Assembly (NCBI RefSeq): GCF_036971445.1
Contig: NC_091471.1
Coordinates: 119,598,001 to 119,662,000 of the forward strand
Direction: 5' to 3'
Source: Narcine bancroftii
Taxonomy: Eukaryota
Length of the DNA stretch: 64,000 nucleotides
The stretch's first letter is position 1. Every line of letters begins with the position of its first letter. The notes under the pieces were generated by a model. It saw nothing but the letters and a program-made list of their open reading frames with translations. It searched no databases and was not told the DNA's origin. Made by a program: the position numbers and the translations under genes. Shown one piece after another: positions 13,212 through 25,150 of the stretch.

Positions 13212-13422
13212 TAAAAAAATGCAGAAATGCTGAAGGAACTCAGCAAGTCTCACAGCACCTATAAGAGGTAAAAATATATTACTAATATTTTGGGCCTCTG
13301 AGCACTTCATAAAGGTAGCTTGAAGATAGTGATACCTTGAAGATGGGGTTCAGGCCCAAAATGTCAGTAACCTCCTATGGACAGTATTTCTATAGGCCAT
13401 TCCTCCACCATTTCTATTTTTT
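13212..13422. mobile_element. Penelope-like inverted terminal-repeat pair with decayed minimal hammerhead motif
   Basis: GAAATGCTGAAGGAACTCAGC... mirrored by ...ATTCCTCCACCATTTC; CTTGAAGA-TGGGG-TTCAG-GCCC-AAAATGTC at 13336-13365. Confidence 0.7.
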
Positions 13423-14043
13423 GTTAATGCAATTCATTGTTTGTTCCAGAAAATAGCTGTGGAATTTTGAACTCAAACTCTTGGATCAATGTTATGAGTG
13501 CTGTCCTTGAACCTAGAGAGAAATAATGTTGGGATATGATTTACTTTTTCACTACTCTCGACTTAGACAAATGCAATAGTTTATAGTCAATCTCTGGAAT
13601 CCTTAAATAAGAATTATTACACTCAGACCAAGATTGGAGATCAAAAAAGTTAAAATTTGCTGTTCATGTACACGAATGCAGAATGTCGTTTGGATGATCG
13701 AGTAAGATCTTCCAGAGCACGTGATGCTGATCTCCCAGAATGGCTGCCTCCTTGAGGAGATGAGAGTTATGGAAAACCCATCAGAAGAGAATAATTGAAT
13801 CAGAAAACTACCTACATGGAACTAAATCTGGCCTGTTGTTATGTGATGAAGTTGTCTAACATGTGATGTCAAATTTAGAATCAAACTGATAGCTGCAAAA
13901 TAGGGAACTTGAGGTCACTAGAATGTGATGATCTTGTAAATGGTTTAATACATAGCCAAAAAAATAAGCATTAAATCCATTACTCAATGAACAAAGGAAA
14001 ACTGTCAGCATTTGACTTATTGTGAAGCAATAGATTAATATAT

Positions 14044-15928
14044 TGATGCATAATACACCATAAATACATCACAAAAGTGTGAAGTTATGAAACTGATAGG
14101 CTTTTTTGAACTTTAGACTGGAACAGCCTTCAACATCATAGACTGATCAAGGCAAAGTGGAATGGGCAGCATGCAAAAGGCTCTGGGTAGGATCAATCTC
14201 AGGTGTGTCCAGCCAGCAGAAGCCATTTATGGCATTACAGTGGTTGACCGGATTCACCCCTCCTTTTTAAGAAGAGTCATGCGGGGTGATTAAAAAATAA
14301 GAAACAATTATACATGCATACATTTTACAGATTAAGTCTGTCAGTGGGTCTTCTTTGCTGCAGCAAACAACGTGGTAATGGTTGGGAACTGCTGTAACGT
14401 CCTGAGCAGTTTATGGGGTTGGCCTGTCATCATCGGTTATAGTTCATCAAGGTGGTGTGGGGGGGGTGGTGAAACAGGTAAGGGACTGAGGGAGTGTGGT
14501 GCTGGTGCATCACGGGTGACAACAATAGCTTTGGTGGAGACTGGACAGCTGCAGACTCAAGGACCCATAGGTAGCAGTGTCTGTTAGTGGATATTGGTGG
14601 CCAGAGGTGCACCTGATGGTGTCAGATCCCAGTTCGAGACCTTGTACTCATGCCCACCAGGGAAGGTAATGTAGGAATATGGGAAGCTAGTGTGGAAGAA
14701 GTGGAACCTCTCAACCAGTGGATCAGTCTTAAATTGCTTGGCATGCTTCTGAAGCAGGACTGGTCTTGGGGACGTAAGCCAGACGGGCAGCGTAGCCCAT
14801 AATGCAGACTTCCTAGGAAAGCAAACATCCATTCATGAGCCATGTTGTTATTGGCTGTACATAAAAGTGACCGAATGGTGTGGAGTGCATCTGGGAGGAC
14901 TTCTTGCCATTGGAAGATGGGGAGACCCTGTGACCTCAGACCAGGAAGATGGTTTTCCTGATCATGGGATTCTCCTTTTCTCCTGGCCCATTTCAAGTAG
15001 GGTTGAAGCTGGTAGTCCTGCTCATGGCAATGCCCCTGGCCAGCAGGTACTACCACAGCACATTACTCATGAAGGAGGTCCTCCAGTCACTGTGGATGAA
15101 GCCAGGGTACGCAGAGCATGAAGATATTGTGGTGGGCCTTGATAGCTGTGGCCATGGTCCTGTCTGGGCATGGGATAGCGAAAGGGAAATGGAAGTATTC
15201 ATCAATGATTGTAAAGTTGGAGGAGGGGAGGGGCCCCTTGAAATCAATGCTTAGGTGCTTGAAGGGGTGGGTTGTTTTGATCAGGTATGCCTTGTCTGGT
15301 CTGTAGAATTGCAGATTGCATTCAGCGCAGACCTGGCAGTTTTTAGTCATTATCCAGACTTCCAGAATGTTGTACATTAAGTTCCAGAAGGTCCGCAGGT
15401 ACTTGGTGCTTGACTCAGTGGGTCACTGCTTTCTGGTGGCCAGAATGTGCCTTTCTTGCGATACTGGGCCTTCCTAGCCTCTTTGGCCACCGGGTATGAG
15501 CTGGCATGGCTGATACTCAGGAATATTTGGGGTCCCACTCACGAGAAAAGTAATCTCAGTTGGTTAGCATCCATGGTGATAACATCTGCGACTGCCACCA
15601 GAAGACTTCAATGTAGCCAGAGTTTGAATGTGTTCTCGCCATCCGGCAATTGAGGGTCGATGATGAGCTTCTCAGGTTTCTGGTACTGTTTCATTTTTTA
15701 ATGAAAATTATAGTTAATAAAATTGATTCACCATCAATAATCACAAAAAGATTGAGGTTGTGAAACTGATTGGATTTTATTAATTATAGACTGGAACAGT
15801 CATCAACCTGATTGACTGATCAAGGCAGAGTGGAATGTGGTGCATCCAAAGAGCTATGGGAAGGATCAGTCTCGGGAAGCACGTCCAGCTGGGAGCAGCC
15901 AATCACAGCATAACAGTGGTTTACCACA
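14044..15928 (-). mobile_element. Internally deleted Gypsy LTR retrotransposon (gag N-terminus joined to integrase)
   Basis: Direct repeats of ~205 bp at 14044-14252 and 15724-15928; PPT GGAGGGGTGAA on minus next to the left LTR; gag start at 15694 (MKQYQKPEKLIIDPQLPDG...); integrase CQVCAEC...LSIDFKGPLP...IIDEY (15087-15377). Confidence 0.88.
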
Positions 15929-16899
15929 TTGGAGTAGCACCTGTTCTGTGAAAAGTATATTTTGTGGTTTTAGCTAAACAGATATTCCAGTGCTCTTAAA
16001 ATAAATTACAATAAATCAATGGAAAAATGTAGCTTTTAATTTCTCTGTTTTGATGCAAATTATGTTTGTGTTAAAACTTACCACTCTAGAAGAAATTGCT
16101 TTCCCTTAACCCCCACTCACAAGTGCACATCTCATTTAAAAGTCTTGCAGATTGTCATAATGAAGTGGTGATCTGCCTGTCTTTTGTACTTACCCAAAAT
16201 ATACTTCATATGGAGGAAGTGGTTGACAAGGAGGAGTCATGGCAAAAGTAACAGGAATTGATTCCAATATAGAAGCGTAACAGTCTTTAAATTCAGTTTG
16301 ATTTTATGGCCCAGATTTTTCTGAGTGGAGTCACACACTCACCTTTTTTACTATTCCCCACAATCATGTACGTTGCTGGTTCAAATCCAAAGGCTGAACT
16401 TGCCAGCCAGAATTCCTGGACTTGCTGAAAATGAACCCATGTGGTTCCTGACAACTTTACACACATTTTGAATACTCTGCTAGGTTAGTAAAAGCACCAG
16501 CCATGAAACTGCTTTGGAAACCTTTGAAAGAAGCATCCAGCTATTGAATTTAGCAAGTTGGTGCAACAACATTGGATCCAATGTGCAATTTAACAGTTGC
16601 CCATGTTGACAGATTTTCCCACTTGAATGCATCATTCATTGCATGTACATATGCCAAAGTCCAAATCATTGCCCTCATGGACTTTAGAACATTTTGCTTG
16701 CTAAGCTCTGTACGCCAAACATGGTCCTTTAATATTCCGGCTAATCTATTCCAAGGTAATAATTACATTGGCATCCACCAGCCAGCATGGAAAATGATCC
16801 CAGACAAACAACATTGTTGAAAATTTGCAAAAATCATGGCCTGTCACTTAATCATTTATTAGTCCTCTCCTGCTTATCAGTTAAAAAAAAAACTGCCAC

Positions 16900-17400
16900 T
16901 CACCAATAATCTACTCAGTCTACTCAGTTCTGATCCTGCAAAAGCCATACCATTCATCATGGCCTTGATCTGGACTACTACAAAAGCTGAATGGCTGAAT
17001 TAATGTTATCAATGGGGACCAAAAGAAAGTCTTCAGAGGCTAGAGCAATAGATATTGCACAGAAAGGTCATTGTGATTATTTGAGGGAGCCATTTCACAC
17101 CCACAACATCATTGCAGCAACTTATTAATAAAATAGCCTTGTCCCTATCATTTTCAGCTGTTGCCTCAGCTCATTTTCATCATATGATCAGAAGTGGTAC
17201 TGTTCAATGATAATTCCACAATGCTTTCTTTGCTTCATTTGCAATTACTCCAATAACAAAGCTGTTCTTGGCAGCTTATATCAGGATTTGGACTACATTC
17301 AGGTTTAAGATGACAAGTGGATGGTGACATTTGACCCATGCATTGGCAAAGATCAGTATTTTCCCTGATCTGAACAGCATCATCATTACCAGGTAACTTA
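16900..17400 (+). mobile_element. Ancient LINE RT remnant
   Basis: Faint resemblance to the RT core region of CR1-group LINEs; heavily decayed. Confidence 0.35.
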
Positions 17401-18029
17401 TCAACAAGTTTTGTGTTAGTATTAGTTTAAAAAGAGACCACGTCAAGAGCTTAGCCTCAGCACGAGGCTTGCTTCTTGGCAGTGAGTGCTTCATCTCATG
17501 ACTAAACTGGCAATCCAGCTTTGAACAAAATGTAGTTTGTTTCTTGCAATCCTCCACTGAGATATCTATTTTATGCCAGACGGAACAGCACATTTCTGAA
17601 GAATACCACTTTGCAGATTTGTTATTTTTAATCTTGGAAGTGCTCATGATAGCTGCATTAAAGAAAAATTAAAGTGAGAAGAATAAATGTTATATTTTAT
17701 CCAGATTTGTTTTTATTTAAATAAAGCAATTCAACATTATTAGTGTTAGACTTTTAATAGAATTCTTTCCTCATTTAAAAAAATGATACTGGTCATCATG
17801 GTGTGGCACACTGTAAAATAAATCTTGATCCAAGTTGGCTTTGTGAAGCAAGAAATAATTGAGTCAGGCTGCATGAATTATAATTTATTTTCTTTTAAGA
17901 CCTTGGGTGAGAACATGTTCAAATAGTGTTTGGTGTGTCATTTTCTATTATGCACGATGCTCAAAGACCTGTTCACGGTAAAACCACTCACACAAGTGTA
18001 ATCATTTTACTTTCTCCACCACAGCAGGG

Positions 18030-18450
18030 AATAGTATGACAGAAGTATGTTGTCCTCATGGAGGAGGAGGAGACCGTGATGAAGATCAGTGAAAAGTGCA
18101 AATGTAGGGGAAGACGGCTTGGAAAAAGATTCAGGATAAAATCAGTGAGATGGAAGGAGGACCTCAGGGGAAGTGTTATTTTACTGATGAGTTGGAGAGA
18201 AAATTTGCAATGATGTGTTGGGTTAAGGCTAAGGGTAAGGGCAGTGGCAAGATGACTGAGTGGCCGAAGAAGACTGTAGTATGGAGGAATGACAGGGGAG
18301 CCTGAAAGAGCTCAGGGTGGAAGATTAGCAGTTCAAGAGGTGTGTCAGAAAAAGTGATCAGGGGTTAAATCAGGGGAATCCATGGAGAAGATTAAAGGTA
18401 AGAGACCAAATGAGCTTCGGAACTCACATTTGGAGGATAGTGACTAAAAT
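18030..18450 (-). mobile_element. Possible decayed L2-like LINE fragment
   Basis: Strongly purine-skewed segment as seen in antisense L2 bodies; no ORF. Confidence 0.3.
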
Positions 18451-18809
18451 GGGAAAGAAGAAAGAGTGGACATGATCATTCCGAATTTGAGATGTACGTG
18501 ATTACATTTCAGGTTTTTGAGACAAATATTCTTTTTGATTAGAACTTGTTGATAAGACAAAATGCAGAAATCTAGAAAAAGACTGAGTAAACACAGACTG
18601 TTTAAATGGGGAAAAGAGCTTTGCTGATGGAAACTAAGAAAAAAGAACAAAATAAACTAAATTTTAGTCGTTTAGATTTTTTATCAAAAGAAAAACAAGG
18701 AGCAAAAAATCCTTGAAAGCAGGCTGGACAATGGAATAGACTGTGACAAGGCTCTACAGACATGTCACATTGTTTATGGTGATATGATCATGTAGAAATA
18801 TTTAATTAT

Positions 18810-21800
18810 AGAATCATGGTAACATTGCAGCACAGAAACAGCTCCCTTCAACCCTTCTAGTCTGTGCCAAACTTTTTTTTAGCCTAGTCCCACTGACCAG
18901 CATCGTCCATAGCCCTCGATACATCTCCCGTCATGCACCTGTCCAAATTATTTAATATTAAAATTGAGCCCACTTTCACCACTTCACCTCGCAGCTCATT
19001 GAATACTCCCACCACCTTCTGTGTGAAGAAGTCCCAGTCATGCTCCCCCTAAACTTTTCCACTTTCACTCTTAACCCATGTTCTCTCATTTGCATCTTAT
19101 CTACATTTACTCTGTCTATACCCCTCATAATTTTAAATACCTCTATCAAATCTACCCTCATTCTTCTACACACCAGGGAATAAACTCCTAACCTGTTTAA
19201 CCCTTCCCTGTAACTCAGTTCCTCAAGTCCAGACAACATCCCAGTAAATCTCTGCACTCCGTCTAACCTATTGATATCCTTCCTGTAGTTAGGAGACCAA
19301 ACCTGCACTCAATACTCCAAATTTGGCCTCACCAATGTCCTATACAACTTTACCATAACATCCCAACTCCTGTACTCAATACTTTGATTTATGAAGGCCA
19401 ATATGCCAAAAGCTCTCTTCACAACCCTATCCTCCTATGATATTATGCATCTCTATTCCCAGATCACTCTGATCTACCAAACCCCACAGTGCCCTATCAT
19501 TTACCACGTTATGTCCTTTCTTGATTTGTCCTTCCAAAATACAACACCTCATACCTTACTGCTATTTTTTTGCTAATTTTTCAAGCTGGTTCGGATCCTT
19601 TTCCAAGCTTTGAATAACTTATTCACTGTCCACAACTGCCCCAAATCTTAGGGTTATTTGCAAAGTTGCTGATATAGTTTACCACATTATCATCCAGATA
19701 GATAACAACAATGGTCCCAGCACTGATCTCTGAGGCCCACCACTAGTCACAGGACTCCAGTCTGAGAAGTAATCATCCACCACTACTCTCTGGCTTCTCC
19801 CATCCAGCCATTGTCGAATCCAGTTCACTATTTCACCTTAAACAATGAGTGTCTGAACCTTCTTGATTAACCTCCCATGTGGGACCTTGTCAAAGGCTTT
19901 ACTAAGGTCCATGCAGATAATATCCACAACCTTTCTTTCATCAACTTCTGTGTAACCTCCTTGAAAACTCTCTAAGATTGGTAGCACACAACCTACCACA
20001 TACAAAGCCATGTTCACTATCCCTAATCAGTTTCCAGCTATTCAACTTACTGTACATCCGATCTCTTGGAACACCTTCCAATAATTTACAAACTACTGAC
20101 ATCAGACTCACCAGCCTATAATTTCAGGGATAATTTTAGAGTCCTTTTTAAACAACAGAACAACATGAGCTACCCTCCAACCCTACAGCAGCTCACCCGT
20201 GGCTAAGGACATTTTAAATATTTCTGCCAGAGCCCCTGCAATTTCTCCATTAGCCTCCCTCAAGGTCTGAGCGAATATCTTGTCAGGCCCTGGTCATTAT
20301 TTGCTTTAAGACAGCAAGCACTTCCTGCTCTTTAATCTATAACAGTGAGGTTGCATGACTTCAGTTGTAAGGAAAAAACTCTGTGCCCACTTCCTGAAAG
20401 AATACTTAGTGAAAGAAAAACATTTAAGATCATCCCCCATCTCTTTTGGCTCCATATAAAGCCGAACACTCTGATCTTCAAGGGGATGAATTTTGTTCCT
20501 TACTATCCTTTTGCTCTTAATATAGGATTTTCCTTCGCATTGTCTTCCAAAGCAAGCTCATGTCTTCTTTTAGCCTTCCTGATTTCTATCCTGAGGTTTT
20601 TCTTGCACTTTTTAAAATATACCTCAAGTACCTCATTTGCTCCATATTGCTATACACTTCTCTTTACTTCTGAACAAGATCCTTAACATCCCTCAAAAAC
20701 CAAGGTAACCTATGCCTGTTAACCTTATCTTTAATCCTCTGTACTCTCTGAATTTCAGATTTGAAGGTTCTCCACTTACCTTGTGCATCCTTGCCCAAAA
20801 TAAAAACTTATCCCAATTCACACATCCTGGACCCTTTCTCATTTCCTCAAAATTGGCCATTCTCAAATTTAGAAGATCAACCCAAGGCCCAGACTTATCC
20901 TTCTCTATAATTAACTTGAAACTACTGGCACTGTGATTGCTGGATCCAAAATGTTCCCCTACACACACTTCTGTGCCTGTCCTGTCTCATTCCCTAATAG
21001 GAGATCCAGTATTGCACTCTCTCTCGTTGGAACTGCGATATATTGATTTAGGAAACTTTCCTGAATATATTTGACAAACTAGAAGCAATCCAGACCTTTT
21101 ATGATATGGGAGACCCAGTCAATATGTGGAAAATTATAAACCTACTATCACAACCTTATGTTTCCTGCAGCTGTGCTACCTCTCTACAGATTTTCTCCTG
21201 CAATTCTCGTTGACTATTGGGCAGTCTATAATACAACTCACAAGTGTGGTCATACCTTTTCTGTTCCTGAGCTCCACCCATATAGCTTTCGTAGACAAGC
21301 CCTCTGGTTTGTCCAGCCTGAGCACCGCTCTGATATTTTCCCTGATAAGCAATGCTACTCCTCCCCCTGTAGTCACATCCTGTTCTATCATGTTTAAAGT
21401 AACAGAAGCCCAGAAATCTAAGCTTGTCTACCTTTCCTATAATACTCCTTGCATTGAAATAGATGCACCTGAGAACATTTCCACCATATACAACCTGTTG
21501 ACTTCTAACAGTGTACGCAATTTTCACCTCACCTTTTACCTCCTCCACTCCTCTATCTGCTCTGGCATTCTGGTTCCCATCCCCCTAAAAATCTAGTTTA
21601 AACCCATCAGAGCAGCACTAGCAAACCTTCCCACAAGGATATTAATCCCCTTCCAGTTCAGGTATAAATTGTCCCATCAGAAAAGATCCCACTTTCTTTG
21701 GAAGAGAGCCCATGATCAAGAAACCTGAAGCTGTCCCTCCTGTGCCATGTCTTTAGCCACATGTTAAGCTGCATTATCCCCCAATTTCTATCCTCACTAA

Positions 21801-22600
21801 CATGTGGCACATGCAGCAATCCTAAGATCACATCCCTGGAAGTCCTGTCCTTCAACCTAGCACTTAACTCCCTGAACTCTCTTTGCAGGATGTCCTCACC
21901 CTTCCTACCCACGTCATTGGTCCCTACCTGAATCACAACATCTGGCTGCTTACCCTCCCTCCTGAGAATGCCGTGAACTTGATCTGAAATATCTCCAACC
22001 ATGGCACCAGGGAGGCAACATACCATCCAGGATACTCAATTTCCACAGAAACCTCTTATCTGTCACCCTAACTATGGAATCCCCTATCACAGATCTTGCC
22101 TCTTCCCTTCTTAGCCACAGGACCAGACTCCATGCCAGAGATCAGATTGTCCTGGCTTGTTCCTGGTAGGTTGTACGCCCCCCCAACAGTATATAAAATT
22201 GTATATTTGTTATCGAGGGTGATGGTCACAGGGGTGCCCTACACTGCCTATCTGTTCACTTTCCCTCTCCTGTCACCCACCTACCCTCCTCCTGCCCCCT
22301 AGGTGAGATAGTGTCATGGTAATTCCTCTCTATCACTCTCCTCTGGCTCCAAAATTATCCAGTCCAGCCTTAATTCCTTATCTCAGCTTATCAGGAGCTG
22401 CAGCTACATGCTTTTCTCGCAGATGAAGACATCAGGGATGCTGTAGCTTTCCCTGATGATCCATATTCTGGAAGAGAAGCATTTCACTGCCTTGGCTGCC
22501 GTTCCCACGGTTTATGACTAGAGGAAAAATAAATGATATCTGAAACTTGCCCTTACCTGTACCTACCTGCTGAATCCTTTTTATCCTAGATGAGGGGACG
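18810..22600 (-). mobile_element. Near full-length, decayed CR1 LINE (ORF1 esterase, APE, RT)
   Basis: ORF1 SGNH-like VCCLPGA...VVIQVGTNDVG (21658-22026); APE CIYFNARSI and TGGGVALLIRE; RT/C-terminal WSPNYRKDINRL...RMRVDLIEVFKIMRG; many stops and frameshifts. Confidence 0.95.
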
Positions 22601-22657
22601 CTTTCTTACTTCAAATATTACTGTCCCTCTCCTCTTACCTGTTCTCACCAAAGCCTG

Positions 22658-22675
22658 TGATAGATAGATAGATAA
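22658..22675. repeat. (GATA)n short repeat, probably a retroelement tail
   Basis: GATAGATAGATAGATA followed by ATCTTTATTGTCA (minus-strand TGACAATAAAG). Confidence 0.7.
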
Positions 22676-22894
22676 TCTTTATTGTCAAGTACAATGAAAT
22701 TGAGTGCACAGCCAAAGCATTACCACTGACTCAGCTCACTGCAATGATGACTGCTCCAATGATGTTTGCAAAACAAGAGACAGGCTTCAGCAGGAGTACT
22801 GTTGCCAGATCAAAATGTTTCAGTTGTGAAAGGATGTCAAGACTTTTAGCAGAAGAAAAATTGGAAGCAGGGAAGAACTACAGAATTACTTAAT

Positions 22895-23235
22895 ACACAG
22901 AAGTGGTGGAGATACTCAGCAGGTTCCACAGCGACCATAGGAGGCGACGATATATAACCAAAGTTTCAGGCCTGAGCATCTCACCAAGGCACGAGCAAAA
23001 AGCGGACAGGTGCCTGAATAAAAAGGTGGGGGAACAGCAAAGTGAATAAAGCTGGCGATATCATCATGGGTGCATGAGGTAGACCAATGCAGTCATCAAG
23101 GGAGAGGAGGAAGAGTTGAGGAGCCTTGCCTGTGTCAGCTAATAGCATGGATTGTTCCACATAGCCAAAAAAAGGCAGGCATAGCTAGGTCACATGTGGG
23201 TACCTCTTTGATTTGGAGAAAGTGGGAAAGTAGAG
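22895..23235 (-). mobile_element. Penelope-like element remnant (RT fragment and terminal repeat)
   Basis: Minus strand reads HFLQIK...GTHM.PSYACLF.GYVEQSM, a Penelope/Poseidon RT motif; terminal motif GGTGGAGATACTCAGCAGG. Confidence 0.8.
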
Positions 23236-23414
23236 TCATTGTATGTTAACTCCAGAGGGACACCAGTTTTGGAGAAATTTATTCTTAGTTCAGAGAAGGG
23301 TAAATGACATTTTATATTGTCATTTGAAATAACCGTTCCCATTACAGGAGAAAAAGAATCCAGTAGACATTGATTTCAGTAAGTTTAGAAAAGTTGTGAT
23401 TTCAAAGCAAAAAT

Positions 23415-23595
23415 ATGTAACTGCTATGGATCTAAAATAAAAAAAAACACAAAATGGTAAAAAAAATAAAACTCAGCAAATCAGGTGGTATCTTTCAATG
23501 AAAGGTCATCAATCTTAAATGTTGCCTTTGTCTCTACTGATACTGCATGACATGCTGAGTAATTCCAACATTGTATTTGGTTTTATTTCTGCTAT
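23415..23595. mobile_element. Penelope-like inverted terminal-repeat pair
   Basis: AAACTCAGCAAATCAGG mirrored by TGACATGCTGAGTAATTCCAACATT. Confidence 0.55.
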
Positions 23596-24564
23596 AATTT
23601 GAAAAGTGCTGCCTGAAAGAATAGTGGAAGAAGATTCAATAATAATTTTAAAAGTGTATTTTATAAACTCTTGAAAAATAAATGGAGTAAGAGCAGGTTG
23701 GACAATAACAAAGTAGTTATTTTTTAAAGGAATATTGCTACATGATATAATGTGGTTACATGATATAATGTCATATTTAAACTTAGAGAAAATTTGATGC
23801 AACATTAAAGACAGAAAGTTTCAATTTCAAAAGATGTGGAGCCCATTCATAGAATACTATCATTTGGTAGATTTAAGTAATTTGGATGCTCTGGCGATTC
23901 TCTGTCTGGTGTCTGAAGGTCACTATTCGATTCATATCTTTTTTTTACATAAATTAACCTTGATTAGAGGAAGGGGCTAAATTAGATTTAGTTTTTTTTT
24001 GTGTTTTCACTTTTTTTAATTCATTTTTTTTAGATTAATTGATTATATACGGGTTTATTTATGGTTCTCCTAGATCACACATGTCAAACTCTGGCCCGCG
24101 GGCCAAATTTGGCCCGCAATATAATTATATTTGGCCCGCAAGATCATATCAAAAATGTATTAGAGGTGGCCCGCTGGCCACTGCGCCAGTATAGCGCATG
24201 CACAGTAACCGCTGTGTCCCAGGGTGAGAGAGAGAGAGAAAAATCCTGGTCCTTGAAAAGTAGTGGTGGGTGGTTTTATAAACACGCTGTCGTGTCCCCC
24301 CCGCCCACCCCCCCCCCCCACTGCAGCGCAGCCTGGCCGATGTCAGGGGAAGCCCCAAGGCCGCTTTCCAGCGCCCGGAACCCCAGTGGCACAGCGTTTC
24401 TTGGAGCTGCAGATGGAGTCGGGACGCCGGAGGGAAGATTGGGGCTCCCCGCCGGGCGATGGCGGCGCCGGCCGCCGGCCGCCCTGCACCTTCCCACCGG
24501 ACCAGCAGTGGGTGCCCGGAGTACACGTGGAGAGCGAGGCTGGATCGGGATTAGCCGCGCTCAC

Positions 24565-24630
24565 CTGTTCCTCCACCGCTGACCGGGATCCCAGCGCGGT
24601 CCTGAGCGCGGAGACTGCCCTGGAAAGGTC
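24565..24630 (-). pseudogene. Putative captured 66-nt exon (DLSRAVSALRTALGSRSAVEEQ in phase 0)
   Basis: Minus-strand acceptor CTCTTCTTTCCGTGCCGGTGTCCCAG|G and donor CAG|GTGAGC; length divisible by 3; no stops; CpG-rich. Confidence 0.55.
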
Positions 24631-24855
24631 CTGGGACACCGGCACGGAAAGAAGAGCAGGGTCCGTAGAACATTACAGATCAGAAACAGGCCCTTCGGCC
24701 CTTTGACTCTACCTCGTGAAAACCCAACACTGGAGAAACTCAGCGGGTTAAACCGTATCCTTTATCCAGCAGAGAGGTACCTGACAATGTTTGGCCCTTG
24801 ATCCCCCTCATCAATGTATGAGCGAAAGTCTGTGGTTCTCGTAAAAACACCAGAA

Positions 24856-25150
24856 GGGAGAAACTCAGCAGGTCAAAGGGGGTCCGGGAGAAACTCAGCA
24901 GGTCAAAGGGGGGTCCAAGAGAAACTCAGCAGGTCAAGGGGAGGGTGTCCGGGAGAAACTCAGCAGGTCAAGGGAGGTCCAGGAGAAACTCAGCAGGTCA
25001 AGGGAGGTCCGGGAGAAACTCAGCAGGTCAAGGGAGGTCCGGGAGAAACTCAGCAGGTCAAGGGGGGTCTGCCAGAAACTCAGCAGGTCAAGGGGGGTCC
25101 GGGAGAAACTCAGCAGGTCAAGGGGTGTCCGGCAGAAACTCAGGGGGGGC
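24856..25150. repeat. 30-bp minisatellite, about 10 units
   Basis: Unit GGGAGAAACTCAGCAGGTCAAGGGAGGTCC. Confidence 0.97.

Noticed and set aside
13058-13264. ORF MCVCVCV...
   Set aside because: Microsatellite translation.
17276-17647. 123-aa ORF and other 60-140 aa ORFs in unique DNA as host exons
   Set aside because: No recognisable domain and no consistent exon chain; lengths are compatible with chance.
24270-24660. Native CpG-island promoter of a local gene
   Set aside because: It lies wholly inside a TSD-bounded transposon that is itself inside an L1 3' UTR.
24856-25150. CRISPR-like array
   Set aside because: Units are head-to-tail with no unique spacers, there are no cas genes, and the context is eukaryotic. 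It is a minisatellite.
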